A DNA stretch of 64,000 bases, taken from a virus. A program made the translations under genes and the position numbers. Location: the IMG/VR virus record IMGVR_UViG_3300043496_000175, positions 43,207 to 107,206 of that record; one strand, written 5' to 3'. The notes beneath the pieces are model-generated. The model worked only from the letters and a program-made list of their open reading frames with translations. It had not been told where the DNA came from and ran no database searches. Shown one piece after another: positions 28,555-39,159 of the stretch. Numbering within the stretch: the stretch's first letter is position 1; each line of letters starts with the position of its first letter.

Positions 28555-29634
28555 TCAGACCACGAAGCTGGTGCGTACTCGCAGGTTTTCCCGATCGGTG
28601 ATCAACGCTTCTTCGCCGCCGGAGCAGGTGTATTCGTAGGTGGTGGGAGTGGTGGGGATGTCGTTCTGTGTGCGAGTAGCAATCACCGACGCACCCTGCA
28701 TCAAGGCGATGGTGCAGTCCACGCCAGGATTGGCGTCCGCAGCAACACGGGACCCGAACTTCACCGGACCGGTGGTCAGGGCGGTCAGCCGGTTCTCCAC
28801 ATAGGAAGCTGTTCCGGACAGCACCCCGGTTTCCGAGTATGAGGTGTCCGACCCGTCAGCGGCTGCCGAGTAGTGCTGAGCTTTGCCAACGGAGGTCATG
28901 TTGACTGACGCGATGGTTTCCAGCGGCCGGGCCAGGGAGGAAGCTACCGGCCCGATCCAATCCGTGCCGTAAGCGATCCCGTCATACACAGCGTCCAGGG
29001 TGGCGGTGCCGGTAGATGGCTGGGCACCCCAGGTGATGTTGTCGAAGAAGGTCAGTCCAGTGGCGACACCGGAACCGCTGATCGGATCCGACAGCATGAT
29101 CCACGGGTTGTTCGCGGAAGCAGTGGACGCCAGGTAGCAGCGCAGCTCCCAGTCCCCGGCGGCGGTGAAGTGGCAGTCCAGCCGGTACCAGACACCGGTG
29201 GTGACCGGGGTGACCATGGACGCCAGGGTCGCGGTGGTGACGGACCGCTTGTAAACCGACAGCACTCCGGTGGTGGAGAGCCGGACGGAGAAGCCGGAGG
29301 CTGAAAGTGCGAAGTCGTTGGCGTTGATCAGGAAAAGGGTGGCTGATCCAAAGGCGTCGATCTTGAAGTAGGACTTCAGGTATAGATCGGTGACCCCGGC
29401 GGCGGCGGTGCGGAAACCGAACGTGGTACCCGTTGAGGCCACCAGCCGGGCGAGCCCAGCCAGGGATCCGTCGTGGGCATCGCTGGTGAACAACGCTGCA
29501 CCGCCGGTGGCGGCGAAGACGTTCGCGAGCCAGTCACCGGCTGAACCTCCGGTGTTGCCCGTGGCACCGGCGGTCAGCGCGGTCCCGGAAGGGTTACCCG
29601 ACTCGAAGGTGTTGAGCTTCGTGATGTTGGTCAT
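28555..29634 (-). CDS. beta-rich virion-type protein (lectin/LamG-like)
   Basis: NTFE.G, A..GS, TG.WYRL and YD motifs; operon context. Confidence 0.55.
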   Translation of the reverse strand: MTNITKLNTFESGNPSGTALTAGATGNTGGSAGDWLANVFAATGGAALFTSDAHDGSLAGLARLVASTGTTFGFRTAAAGVTDLYLKSYFKIDAFGSATLFLINANDFALSASGFSVRLSTTGVLSVYKRSVTTATLASMVTPVTTGVWYRLDCHFTAAGDWELRCYLASTASANNPWIMLSDPISGSGVATGLTFFDNITWGAQPSTGTATLDAVYDGIAYGTDWIGPVASSLARPLETIASVNMTSVGKAQHYSAAADGSDTSYSETGVLSGTASYVENRLTALTTGPVKFGSRVAADANPGVDCTIALMQGASVIATRTQNDIPTTPTTYEYTCSGGEEALITDRENLRVRTSFVV

Positions 29635-30764
29635 CAGTACCCCAAGTCATAGACGCGGACGTAGTCGATTTCAAATGTGCAGGGGAACTGCACCAAGTAC
29701 AGGTTGGTCATATCGCAAGCTGATGGGACGCCTCCGGTTGGGGCTACCTGATTCTGTGAGCACTTGTGCTGCATCGGCAGGTACCCGAGCTGCTGATCCG
29801 GCTGCCCAACCCACTGCCCACCGACCGCATTATTCAGGCAGATGTCCCACGCCAGATTATCTGTGCGGCGCTTCAGCCCGGTGGTCCGGTCGATCATGTT
29901 CAGGTCACGAATCGACATGACATCCGTCAATCGGTAGGAAGCGTACTGCACACCGTCAAGGTGCGCGGTGAACAGGATCGGGCATTGCAACGGATCCAGA
30001 TGCGCTGCATTGCCTGGAGTTGGATCCGGTTTGATCTCCACATCGTAAACATGCCAGTTGGTGCTGGCTCGTTGGGGAAGAGGGTTCTCCACGATCTTCG
30101 ACTGCTGGGTGGCGTTCACACCGATGGTGTTCGGGAAGTGCATGGAGTACTTGGTGTAGCCATGCCGCCAGGATCCGAAGTGCTCGAAGATGTCGATTTC
30201 ACCCCACGACGCACCGAAATTGGTGCCGTCAGAAAACGCAGCACGGCGTAGCCAGAACGCTGGGAGTGTGCCCTGCCCAAACGGGAACTTTGCCCGAATC
30301 TCGAACTTGCTGAACAGAGGGAAGTACCGGGCTGGTGAAGCTCCACGGGTATCCATCATCCCGGAAGTCCAGTAGCGGATGCCGTTGGGGAGTTGCGTCA
30401 TCGGTGTTGCCCGCATGACGCCGTACACGTACGGATCAGCGGTGGTGCCTTGCCCGGAGCGAGTCGTCAATGGTTCCACTGGTGCAGACGACAACCCGGT
30501 CTGCGTTTCGGCTTTGCTGATGATTTGGCACGACTGGCCGGTGCCGCCTGGGGTCGCGGTTGCGGTGATGATGTTTGCGGGCCGGTACATCTGCGACTCA
30601 CGGTTACCGGCGGCGAACGGGCTGTTCTGCTTGCCCCAGTTCGTGGACAAGATACCGGCTGAAAAGTCGTCCTCCCAGTAGAGTCCCGGATCCGGAGGCG
30701 TGACCTGTGGATCAGAACCGCGTGATTTCCATGCGTTAGCTGTCGCTATCCAGGTACGGCTCAT
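29634..30764 (-). CDS. glycoside hydrolase family 16
   Basis: WEDDFS, EIRAKFP.G.G..PAFWL, GEIDIFE, WHVY, IDYVRVY; start set at MSRTW. Confidence 0.9.
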   Translation of the reverse strand: MSRTWIATANAWKSRGSDPQVTPPDPGLYWEDDFSAGILSTNWGKQNSPFAAGNRESQMYRPANIITATATPGGTGQSCQIISKAETQTGLSSAPVEPLTTRSGQGTTADPYVYGVMRATPMTQLPNGIRYWTSGMMDTRGASPARYFPLFSKFEIRAKFPFGQGTLPAFWLRRAAFSDGTNFGASWGEIDIFEHFGSWRHGYTKYSMHFPNTIGVNATQQSKIVENPLPQRASTNWHVYDVEIKPDPTPGNAAHLDPLQCPILFTAHLDGVQYASYRLTDVMSIRDLNMIDRTTGLKRRTDNLAWDICLNNAVGGQWVGQPDQQLGYLPMQHKCSQNQVAPTGGVPSACDMTNLYLVQFPCTFEIDYVRVYDLGY

Positions 30765-31147
30765 TCCGGCCTCAACCACTCATCCCCCACGACCCACAGA
30801 TCAGCGGTCGCCTTGGGGTCGGTGAATCCTCGGAACCTCACCACGATGTCAGTGCGGGTGGTGCCTCTGGTGTAGACACTGGAGATCTCGTTCACGGTGT
30901 GGGAGTACCCGGCAGGAGCATTCACCAGTGTCATCGGGGTAGTCGCCAGCGCGTTCAGTTGCTGGGTGAGACCGTTGACCTCTCCAATTTCTGTGGTGTG
31001 CGCAGATGATGGGTAGGTTGCCGGTTTTCCGATGATGTCGTCCCACAGCACGGGACCATTGGGGGTCGTGGGATTGCCGGTACCACCGGTGGTTTCGATC
31101 ATCTCCCCGTTCGGACCGAGGACGTAGATCGTGTATGTGTCAGCCAT
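30761..31147 (-). CDS. small tail-fibre-related protein
   Basis: WDDI.GKP..YP.SAH....V.GL motif and terminal GD.W. Confidence 0.6.
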   Translation of the reverse strand: MADTYTIYVLGPNGEMIETTGGTGNPTTPNGPVLWDDIIGKPATYPSSAHTTEIGEVNGLTQQLNALATTPMTLVNAPAGYSHTVNEISSVYTRGTTRTDIVVRFRGFTDPKATADLWVVGDEWLRPE

Positions 31148-31159
31148 CGACTACGCCTC

Positions 31160-34100
31160 TCAGGTATTCGCGAACAGGGTCTTGTACTTCAGGGACGAGT
31201 TCGGTGAACGAGTACCTGACTCCGGGAACAGGTCGAACTGGTGGTTCGACCACACGTCATTGAACAGCGCTTCGTACTCGATCTTCCCTGCTGCCCTGCC
31301 GGGTGTATTCCCATCGGAGTGAAGTTTGTACCAGTTGTACATGTGCTCGATATAGAGCGGCTGGTCACCCGAAGGCTGCCCCGTCTGGGTGGTGCCGGTG
31401 GCTCCGTTGTTCATGCCCCACTCCGGCATCGCGAACGGGACACCATGTGCGAGAGCAAACTTCCGGTGAGCTTCGATTCCAACGGGACCGCCCCACTGGT
31501 CAAGGGTTTCGTTGATCTGCTGCCCACATCGGATCCAATGGTTCGAGTACCAGTCAGTGGCGTAGACATCCACGTAGGAATCGCCCGGCCACAGGCTGGT
31601 CCAGTTGTACTGCTGTCCTGATGTGTCTCCGTTGGTGCCGAACGTGTACTTCGCTGCGGGGAAGATCGATCGGCCGATGTTCACGAACCGCCGCCACGCC
31701 GCGATAAAGTTCGCCTGCTGACCGTTCGGGACCGACCAGTCGTACCAGTTGCCGTTCATCTCGTGCGCGTACCGGATGTAAACGGTGCCGCGAGAAATGG
31801 CTGTCCACTTGGCTTTCAGGTTGTTGAACATGGTGGTGTACAAACCATCGTTACCACCAGCGGCGGCGCTCGCCCACGTCGAGTGACCCGTCCAGATCGC
31901 ACCCACCGACAGGTCGCAGTGACCGGTCCAGTTGACGTACTCCTTACCGGGATCGAACTGCCACAACCCGGTATGCGCTGCAGGGCCCTGAGCAGCGCCG
32001 CCGAGAGTTGACCAGGTGGTTCCCAGTTCGACGGGCTCGTTCCGCCAGTTACCGAACTGTCCGTTCGTGGTGTACGGGCCGGATGATCCAGAGATCCATG
32101 AACCGGTGCCGCCGGGGACGGAAACCGCCTGAGTTGTTTGGCTGGCGACAGCGGTGATGGTCTCTCCCGTGGAGAGGGTCCCGGTCAAGGTGTACGTGTA
32201 CTGGGTGTTCGGGGCCCGTCCGCTATCAGTGTAGGTGCGGGTCGCGGCGGCAGGGTTGTTGATGATGCTGCCACCAGTGGTGCCACCTGATCGAGAAAGT
32301 GACTGGGACGTCAGAGTCGCTGTACCGCTGAAGGTCCAGGCGAGATCCAGTTCTGTGGTGGGGGTCGTTGCATCTCGGGTGACAGTGAAGCTGGTGTACC
32401 GGCCGGTGAGGACCCCCCGGACGGTGGGCCCGACGTCCAGCGGGCCATCGTAGGGAGTGGATCTGGCGGCGAGGCCGATGTCGTCCCAGAACCCGATACC
32501 TCGAAGGTTGGGGTTCGCGGTCAAGGCTGCCGTCCACGCGGTATCAACCAGGGCGGTCGTTGGCGTGAGGTTGGATCCGGCAGACCCCAGTGCGTAGACC
32601 GGGACGATCTTCGAGGCCGGGATGCCAGCTGTCACCATCGCGGATACGGTGCTGGTGGTCAATGCGGTGAGCCGGGAGTCGGTGGCCTCAACCTGATTCC
32701 ACAAACCAGGGGACATGAAGTCCAGGTTGTTCGCCAGGGACACACCAACGGAGATCCACTGGCTTGTCTTGTTGTTGATGCCGATGACGAACCCGGTACC
32801 AAGGTCGGTCTTCAAGCGGGAAGCTACCCGCATGATCGCAGCTTCTGTCCAGCGGGTGGACTGAATGTCGAACACGATGCCATTGATACCGATCGTGGAC
32901 GCCAGTGACTTGATCGATGCCACCATCTGGTCGGCTTCAGTGTCGTTCGTGACGGTGATGCCACCGTCCGCGCCACCACCACCACCGATGGCGAGGAACA
33001 CGTCCCGGCCAGCAGTTTTGTGCGCGTTCACCGCCGCCAGTATTTGCGCGGTGGTCTGCCCATTGGCTTCGGTGTACTTCAGGGTGCCGGTGCCAGACGT
33101 CGCAGCTTGCGCGTAGTTCAGCCGGATGGTGTTGACCTCAGCGAGAACTGGGGCTGGGTAGCTTGAAAGTAGGGGAGCGGTGCTGGTGTAGGACGTGTGG
33201 TCCATCATGATCGGCTTGGCGTGTAGCCCGGACGGCTGGACGGGCGGAACTTCCGGATCCGGATCGGTTGGAGGGGTGGTCTCCTGGGAGAGAACTACAG
33301 CCGCACCGATGGTGGCGTTGTCCAGCAGCCATTGCCCAGCCGTGCCCGTGCCCTTACCTTCACCGGACAGAACATAGTGATCAACGGGAATCGTTGTACC
33401 GGTAGTGGATCCGGTCGCAACCCGGTCATTGCGAGCGGTGACTAGTCCGGTCAGCAGGGACACCGTGACTTCGATCCCGGCCGGGCCGGTGGGGGTGACC
33501 GTTTGATCCACGGACCGCACATACCGCACGATCTGCCCGGTACCCCGGATAATGTCTGTGCCAGCTAGTGCCTTCTTCGCAGACCCGATGGTGATCGTGT
33601 TCGCTGGGGCCGGGGCGGCGGTGATCAACTTCCACCACTCGTCATAGACACCGAAAGGTTGCCCGATAGTCAAAGGGTTTGGGCCATTTTTGTAGACATG
33701 GGTTGTCTTGCTGGTGTCGTAGGGAGAAGGTTCGTAGGAATCTCCGTCCCAAGTCCTGATTTGTACGCCACCGGCGGTGGTCAATGCAGCGTTCAGTCCG
33801 TTGATGTCACTGATCGTCAGCGATGCGTCGGGGACCGCAATACCGTCAGTGAAGGTCTTGATCCCGGCGACGGTTTCCGCGCCGGTTTTGTGCACCAGAT
33901 TGGCGTCTGCTCCTGTCCCGGCGACAGCGGCATTGAGCTGAGCCCTGGTAACTGGATTGTCATCGGCAGTAGCAGCCGGGATGACGGGTGGGTCGAGGTA
34001 GGTTTTGACTCCGTCGATCGTCTGGTCACTGACCGTATTGACGGTGGTGGAGGTATTGGCCTTAGCCGCCAGGGAGGTGGCCAGCGCAGCCGCATCAGCG

Positions 34101-34891
34101 GCGGTTCCAGCGGTGGTGCCGATGACCAAGTTGGATGTTCCGCTGCCGGTGCCTGCACCGATGCGGGCACGCATCGCAGCCTGGGTGGTGTCTGCATTGA
34201 GCTGCCGGGCCAGCGGCGACATGTCGGTGATCTTGGAGAGGATGGTCGAGGGGTTGACCCCGCCACCTCCGCCGCCGCCGAGGATCTTGTTCCCGAAGGC
34301 GTCGTTGACATCGCCGTCGTTGTCCAGCGGGGCAACGCCACCGGCCTGACCCTTGTTGATGCTGGCAACCGCAGCCTGTGCAGCCGCTGCGCTGGCGGCA
34401 GCATTGGCGGCGGCGATCTCAGCGGCTGTCGGAGCGGTGCTGCTGGTAGTCCGTTGCGGGGTGATGATCGCCATGTCCACGACAGCGCCAGCAGGAGCCG
34501 GGGTCCGGAACGCGCGGAAGTTCGTGGCTCCCGGTCCGGTGAAGGTGACCAGGTACTTCCAGCCGGTGGGGGTGATGTCCGGATCATCTGAAGCGATGAT
34601 CTGGCAATTCCGGTTGTTGCCCTTGCCGTCCAAGTCGAAGCCATCGACCGGATCGGACATGTACCCCTCGGAGTCCGTAACGAACTGCCGGGGCTTGGTG
34701 GCGATGACCACCGGTGAAGGTGTGGCCGTCATGTTGGTGACGAACGGGTAGGCCGGGGAGAAGGTGACCTGCATGCCTACGTACGGGGTGAACTGTGGCT
34801 CGGATTCACCAGCTACCGTGGCTGATGCGCCGTATCGACCGCGAACCGTGCACAACGCCATATTGCTGGGAAGCGGTGAACTCACCGTCAA
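31160..34891 (-). CDS. tail fibre/minor tail protein with GH18-like, FN3 and GH26 domains
   Basis: N-terminal ASDDPD..P.GW.Y.V anchor, Q.I.G.KT fibre repeats, LAIGG...NGIVFDIQ (GH18-like), PNT.Y.Y FN3, IRYAHEMNGNWY and PEWG (GH26). Confidence 0.85.
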   Translation of the reverse strand: MTVSSPLPSNMALCTVRGRYGASATVAGESEPQFTPYVGMQVTFSPAYPFVTNMTATPSPVVIATKPRQFVTDSEGYMSDPVDGFDLDGKGNNRNCQIIASDDPDITPTGWKYLVTFTGPGATNFRAFRTPAPAGAVVDMAIITPQRTTSSTAPTAAEIAAANAAASAAAAQAAVASINKGQAGGVAPLDNDGDVNDAFGNKILGGGGGGGVNPSTILSKITDMSPLARQLNADTTQAAMRARIGAGTGSGTSNLVIGTTAGTAADAAALATSLAAKANTSTTVNTVSDQTIDGVKTYLDPPVIPAATADDNPVTRAQLNAAVAGTGADANLVHKTGAETVAGIKTFTDGIAVPDASLTISDINGLNAALTTAGGVQIRTWDGDSYEPSPYDTSKTTHVYKNGPNPLTIGQPFGVYDEWWKLITAAPAPANTITIGSAKKALAGTDIIRGTGQIVRYVRSVDQTVTPTGPAGIEVTVSLLTGLVTARNDRVATGSTTGTTIPVDHYVLSGEGKGTGTAGQWLLDNATIGAAVVLSQETTPPTDPDPEVPPVQPSGLHAKPIMMDHTSYTSTAPLLSSYPAPVLAEVNTIRLNYAQAATSGTGTLKYTEANGQTTAQILAAVNAHKTAGRDVFLAIGGGGGADGGITVTNDTEADQMVASIKSLASTIGINGIVFDIQSTRWTEAAIMRVASRLKTDLGTGFVIGINNKTSQWISVGVSLANNLDFMSPGLWNQVEATDSRLTALTTSTVSAMVTAGIPASKIVPVYALGSAGSNLTPTTALVDTAWTAALTANPNLRGIGFWDDIGLAARSTPYDGPLDVGPTVRGVLTGRYTSFTVTRDATTPTTELDLAWTFSGTATLTSQSLSRSGGTTGGSIINNPAAATRTYTDSGRAPNTQYTYTLTGTLSTGETITAVASQTTQAVSVPGGTGSWISGSSGPYTTNGQFGNWRNEPVELGTTWSTLGGAAQGPAAHTGLWQFDPGKEYVNWTGHCDLSVGAIWTGHSTWASAAAGGNDGLYTTMFNNLKAKWTAISRGTVYIRYAHEMNGNWYDWSVPNGQQANFIAAWRRFVNIGRSIFPAAKYTFGTNGDTSGQQYNWTSLWPGDSYVDVYATDWYSNHWIRCGQQINETLDQWGGPVGIEAHRKFALAHGVPFAMPEWGMNNGATGTTQTGQPSGDQPLYIEHMYNWYKLHSDGNTPGRAAGKIEYEALFNDVWSNHQFDLFPESGTRSPNSSLKYKTLFANT

Positions 34892-34962
34892 CCACCTACC
34901 GTCAGCTAGTATCGTGCCCCGTCAAAAGGTCACCATACTGGCGCTGCACATGTTGACGGAAG

Positions 34963-36732
34963 CTACAGTCTCGCGGTGGTCTTCACGACGTAGTAATCCG
35001 ACGCCTGCCCCACAGCGTTCTTCGCTCCTGGACGCTTCTCAATACCGGACGTCGGATCGGAAGTCAGTTCCTGCAGTGATGTCTTGAGCAATGTCCCCAC
35101 GCTGTTCCTGGTGTGCCGAGGTAGCCTGCGCCGCACCAGGTCTCGAAGTTTGGAGATCGGCATTCCGGTGCTCTTCAGCTCAGGGTGTTCACCAGCCAGG
35201 CCTACCAGGATCTTGGAGATCATCGCCGCCGGAGACAGATCCTGTTGCGCGGGGTTGTAGCTGATCACAGCGTCGGCCATGATGTCTTCCGCCCGTTCGT
35301 TGGCCCGTCTGGTGAGGGCATTCGCTGAGAGGCACCAACGCCACGGCAGGATCCTTGTCGCTGCGTCTTCGATGAACTCTGCGGTCACTTCCTTCTTGCC
35401 AGCAGCCAGCGCCACAATCAGCGCCTCGCGGAGCACGTGCTGGGTGACGCGGGTGGCCAGCGGATTCCACAGCAGCCGGTTGTCATCGTCATCGGCGGCC
35501 TGAATGTGGTCCTGGATCTCGCTCATCATCCGCTGCAGGCGGCGGTAGGCCAGCCGCCCGGCGGCGTCGAGCCGGATGATCTCCCGCTCAGCCTGTTCCG
35601 GCTCGGGGACCTGCAGGTCGGTGCCGTACTTGGTGCTCGCCATCTCCCAGGCCCGGCGGATCGCCTTGGCCACGCGGTAGGGGTTGCTGTCCAGGACCAG
35701 CTCCCGCAGGTTCTGCACGTAGTCCATGGCCGAGATGCCCAGGTCGGTTGGTTGACCGTCGGCGGTGAGGTACCCGTTCATGTCGAAATGATCATGATCA
35801 AAGTCGTTGTCGTCGGCGTAGGACCGGGCCACCGCAATGAAGTCCCCGGTCTTGTCCGTCTCCACCACCCAGAACCGGCCGAACATGCCACGAGCTACAA
35901 ACGAGTCCGCCCCGGACCCCATGCCATGCGCGTTGCCGCTGGTGACCTCGGAGAACACCTCGGTCTGGAAGAGCACGCACATGGAGATCGATGCGTGCTC
36001 GATGGTCAGGTCGGTGTTAGAGACGCGGGTGGTGTCGATGTCCCCCTGATCCCAGCCGTTGAGGAACAGCGACAGGGATCCGGCGTCCTTCGAGTAGGCC
36101 CCAACGTTCCGGAAGATGTCCGGCTCACCGGCCAAACAGCCACCGTGCCCTCCGTTGTTCACCACCTGATTCCGCAAGGCTTCCTGCGTGGGATCCTGGG
36201 TGAGGGTCTTCGGGCAGAGCCCGGCGTCGTAGACCTCTTTGAACTGCTTGTCGTCCGGGACCAGTGTGGGGTCCGGGTTGTTGTCCGTGAACTGTTGCAG
36301 CGCAGCGTTTTTCAGTGTGGGTAGCAGTGCCCTGCGTTGTGCGATCCCCGCGCTGAGAGCTTCCCTGAGCGGTTCGGTCCCTACGGCCAGCGCGGTGGAC
36401 TTTCCCCAGCCGGACGGAGCTACCCCCAGCGCCATCAAGATGGCCGGGATCTTGAGCCAGCCGCCGTCAGCGATCGGAGCCTGCAGCACGTAGGCACCCT
36501 GCGCAGCGATGCAGGTGGAGACCCCCAGGATGTTGTAGATGATCGCCAGGTCAGAGGTGGGATGCACCTTGACATACTCGCGGGCGTATCGCTCCAGTCC
36601 GATCTTGCTCCCCGGTCCTTCAGGGAGTGGGCGTGCGGTGATCAGTGACTCTCCGCCGTCGATCAGATCCTTGATCGTGTTGGTAGCTGCGCGCCAGGCT
36701 GGCGGAAGATCAAAAACGTCATCCGAGGTCAT
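34963..36732 (-). CDS. DUF3987/YfjI-like P-loop protein (primase-associated helicase)
   Basis: APSGWGKS, D.T.EAL, L.GWD...TRV, RG..GRF. Confidence 0.75.
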   Translation of the reverse strand: MTSDDVFDLPPAWRAATNTIKDLIDGGESLITARPLPEGPGSKIGLERYAREYVKVHPTSDLAIIYNILGVSTCIAAQGAYVLQAPIADGGWLKIPAILMALGVAPSGWGKSTALAVGTEPLREALSAGIAQRRALLPTLKNAALQQFTDNNPDPTLVPDDKQFKEVYDAGLCPKTLTQDPTQEALRNQVVNNGGHGGCLAGEPDIFRNVGAYSKDAGSLSLFLNGWDQGDIDTTRVSNTDLTIEHASISMCVLFQTEVFSEVTSGNAHGMGSGADSFVARGMFGRFWVVETDKTGDFIAVARSYADDNDFDHDHFDMNGYLTADGQPTDLGISAMDYVQNLRELVLDSNPYRVAKAIRRAWEMASTKYGTDLQVPEPEQAEREIIRLDAAGRLAYRRLQRMMSEIQDHIQAADDDDNRLLWNPLATRVTQHVLREALIVALAAGKKEVTAEFIEDAATRILPWRWCLSANALTRRANERAEDIMADAVISYNPAQQDLSPAAMISKILVGLAGEHPELKSTGMPISKLRDLVRRRLPRHTRNSVGTLLKTSLQELTSDPTSGIEKRPGAKNAVGQASDYYVVKTTARL

Positions 36733-37798
36733 GGTGATCTCGCAGCCCTGACGTCAGGCCGCTGGTGATCGTGGCCTCTGCTCCCGGTGTTCCGTTGCGC
36801 ATCGCTGCGTTCAGCAATCGGGATCGGACCTTCTCCTCCGGCCAACCGGCCGCGATGGCGTCAGCGCCGGAGTGATAGGCCGTGGTGTTCAGTGCATTGT
36901 TGCGCCCGGATTCCGGACCCATCTTGTCCAGCATCGATGCCCACCTCTCGAACTCCCGCCAAGCGAGAGCCATATCTGCTTCGCTGCCATCGAGCTTCAG
37001 GGCGGGCCGCGCCGCCTTGTTGTCCGTTCCCGCCTGCCTGATCCGCTCCCGGAGGTCATCGTCCATGACACGGTTCCATGGCGCGAGAGATCCATCCTGC
37101 ACCATACGATCACGCGGCATGCCCCGCCCGGCGAACTGCACCTGAGCGCGGAACTCGGTGAACGGTACCCACCGGCGGTCCCGCGAACCCTCTCCTGGCC
37201 ACACGGTGTAGCGGTTCGGGCCGGTCCGGATGTCGATCAATAGGCCACGCCGGGAGACCTTCCTGTCGTCCACGCCGTCCCAGTCGCTGAGCCACTCTCG
37301 GGTAGCGATGGTGGCTGCCTTCTGCGTCCACTCCGGGCAGTGCAGGTACAGGTGCCAACCGCGCGGGGTCCGGGCGATCCCGATGATCTTGTCCAGCGGA
37401 ACGTGCCGGGCGAAGCGGTAGAAGGACAGCAGCGCCCGCTGAGAGTCGATGTCGATCATGATCACGTCGTTCAGACACATCGCCAACCGGCGGCGTCCTC
37501 CCGGGGCTCCGTGCTTGTCCAGCAACTCCTGGTACGGCAGCGCATCAGCCGCGCCGTGCCGGAAGCCGGTCAGCTCGCCGTCCTTCCAGATGGTGAACGG
37601 GTGTTTACCTGCGCCGTTGGAACAATCCATGGTCCCGCCGATGGCGACGTCGTGATCGGTGGTCCGATGAAACCCGCCACGAGAGCACAAGCACTCTCCG
37701 AGCGCCCCGAGTGCCCAGAGGTAGAACCATGTGGTGTTGCCCAGGCGCGCGTCTGTCGGCTCGATTGACAGACTGAGGGGTTGCGTGGACGATAACAA
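36719..37798 (-). CDS. bifunctional DNA primase/polymerase (Prim-Pol)
   Basis: C.C...C..GKHP, IDID, RTPRGWHLY, IDIR, GRNNALN..A and TI.SGL..G; start uncertain. Confidence 0.85.
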   Translation of the reverse strand: MLSSTQPLSLSIEPTDARLGNTTWFYLWALGALGECLCSRGGFHRTTDHDVAIGGTMDCSNGAGKHPFTIWKDGELTGFRHGAADALPYQELLDKHGAPGGRRRLAMCLNDVIMIDIDSQRALLSFYRFARHVPLDKIIGIARTPRGWHLYLHCPEWTQKAATIATREWLSDWDGVDDRKVSRRGLLIDIRTGPNRYTVWPGEGSRDRRWVPFTEFRAQVQFAGRGMPRDRMVQDGSLAPWNRVMDDDLRERIRQAGTDNKAARPALKLDGSEADMALAWREFERWASMLDKMGPESGRNNALNTTAYHSGADAIAAGWPEEKVRSRLLNAAMRNGTPGAEATITSGLTSGLRDHHDLG

Positions 37799-37836
37799 CT
37801 GAGGACCGAACCTTTCCTGGCGGCAGCGGGATTGGT

Positions 37837-37871
37837 AGACCCCGATCGTGTGGCAGCGATCGGGGTCTTTC
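37837..37871. terminator. intrinsic-terminator-like hairpin
   Basis: AGACCCCGATCG-8 nt-CGATCGGGGTCT followed by a pyrimidine tract on the + strand. Confidence 0.6.
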
Positions 37872-37876
37872 TCGTT

Positions 37877-38020
37877 CTACTTCTCGGCGGGCTTGTTCTC
37901 CCCCACCGGTGCCTTGTTGCTGGCTGCGGTCTTCTTCTCCGCTACCGGTGCTTCAGCGGCCTTGCCCGCAGCCTTCTGGGCGTCGGACAGTTCCTGCAGA
38001 ACCTCTGAGTTCGAGGACAT
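37877..38020 (-). CDS. 47-aa Ala/Lys-rich protein
   Basis: AGGAGAG SD; MSSNSEVLQELSDAQK...; read manually. Confidence 0.55.
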   Translation of the reverse strand: MSSNSEVLQELSDAQKAAGKAAEAPVAEKKTAASNKAPVGENKPAEK

Positions 38021-38032
38021 TTTCTCTCCTGG

Positions 38033-38371
38033 TTACTTGTAGGCGTTGATGTAAAACGAGATGTTGTCGGTGCCGGACGCCGGGGCGGCGGAGAAGGTGA
38101 CGACGACGTTGGCGGTGGTCACGCTGGATACGTGATGCAGCGCGGACGAGACAGCGTTGCGTGGGGTGACCTGGACACTGGTTGGAGAGATGCCGTTACC
38201 GGAGGAGTTCTTCAGTCCGTGGGGGAAGGTGAACGCGGTAGCGGAAGCATCACCGTTTGCGGTGACCGCGAGCTTGACACCCTCCAAGGCATCATGGGGA
38301 GCCTGCGGTGCATCGGACCGAGCCTTCCACGCAGCACCGAGGGTTCCGAGGGTTGAGGTATTTCCGGCCAT
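38033..38371 (-). CDS. small virion-type beta protein
   Basis: GD...T.F...HGL...P..V.V...V.F..AP motif; GAGGA SD. Confidence 0.55.
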   Translation of the reverse strand: MAGNTSTLGTLGAAWKARSDAPQAPHDALEGVKLAVTANGDASATAFTFPHGLKNSSGNGISPTSVQVTPRNAVSSALHHVSSVTTANVVVTFSAAPASGTDNISFYINAYK

Positions 38372-38428
38372 GGGGGTGAGTCCTCTCACAAGGTGGTCTT
38401 TAGCCCATGACGGTACCGCCCTCTGACC

Positions 38429-38674
38429 TCAGTTGCCTAGCAGGGATCGCCCTGCATCTGTCAGAGCGAGGACTCGTTCGCCGCCGCGAGCGTTGTCCTG
38501 GTGACTGACAGTGATGAGTCCCTCGTTCAGCAGCGCTCTGACGCGACGGTAGGTAGCCCGCTGTGGCAGCCCCGTCTGTCTGGAAATCCAGAGCGTCCGG
38601 TTGAACCGCCTGCTGATCAGGTCAAGGATCAGCAGACGATCATCCTCGGGCGGCACCGGTAGGCACCTTCCCAC
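38429..38674 (-). CDS. MarR-like winged-HTH protein
   Basis: IS..TGL....Y..V..L..EGLI...LTD.G. Confidence 0.6.
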   Translation of the reverse strand: MGRCLPVPPEDDRLLILDLISRRFNRTLWISRQTGLPQRATYRRVRALLNEGLITVSHQDNARGGERVLALTDAGRSLLGN

Positions 38675-39155
38675 CCCGGTAGCCCCGGCGGGTCTCTCCG
38701 GCGACGAAGTAGCCGGGCCCTGGGCGGGTGGCCAGGTGGTCCCGCAGCTCGTTCGGATCCCACAGCGGATGCCCCCGGTAGTGCTTCACCGGCTGGGGAG
38801 CAGGGGACAGCGTCTCCAGTCCCTCAGCGGCCCGCTTGGCTGCCCGGCGGACGTAGGAGTTGAAGGTGGTCTCCGCGATCGGGGTCGGGTTGTACAGCGC
38901 CGCGCACTGCCGGGTGTCGAGCAGGTCCCGGTCGGTGAGCTTCACTTCCCTGGTGCGCCGGTTCGGCACCTTGGTCTTGTTCGCGGCGACCAGTGGCTGA
39001 ATCTGCTCTGGCGTCCACAGAGGATCCTGGTGCACCGGAGTAGGCAAGCCGGGGTAGGTCTGCCAGGTCCTGGGGAACTGGTACGGGTCTTCCCCGAGCA
39101 GCAGCGCCACCTGGCGGACGGTCAGTAGTTGTTCATCGTTCCATGAAGCCATCAT
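38640..39155 (-). CDS. tandem AlpA/MerR-like HTH protein
   Basis: Two LL(T/D)..Q.A...P.P...PLW units; TGGACA-18-TACAAT upstream. Confidence 0.65.
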   Translation of the reverse strand: MMASWNDEQLLTVRQVALLLGEDPYQFPRTWQTYPGLPTPVHQDPLWTPEQIQPLVAANKTKVPNRRTREVKLTDRDLLDTRQCAALYNPTPIAETTFNSYVRRAAKRAAEGLETLSPAPQPVKHYRGHPLWDPNELRDHLATRPGPGYFVAGETRRGYRGGKVPTGAARG

Positions 39156-39159
39156 GCTC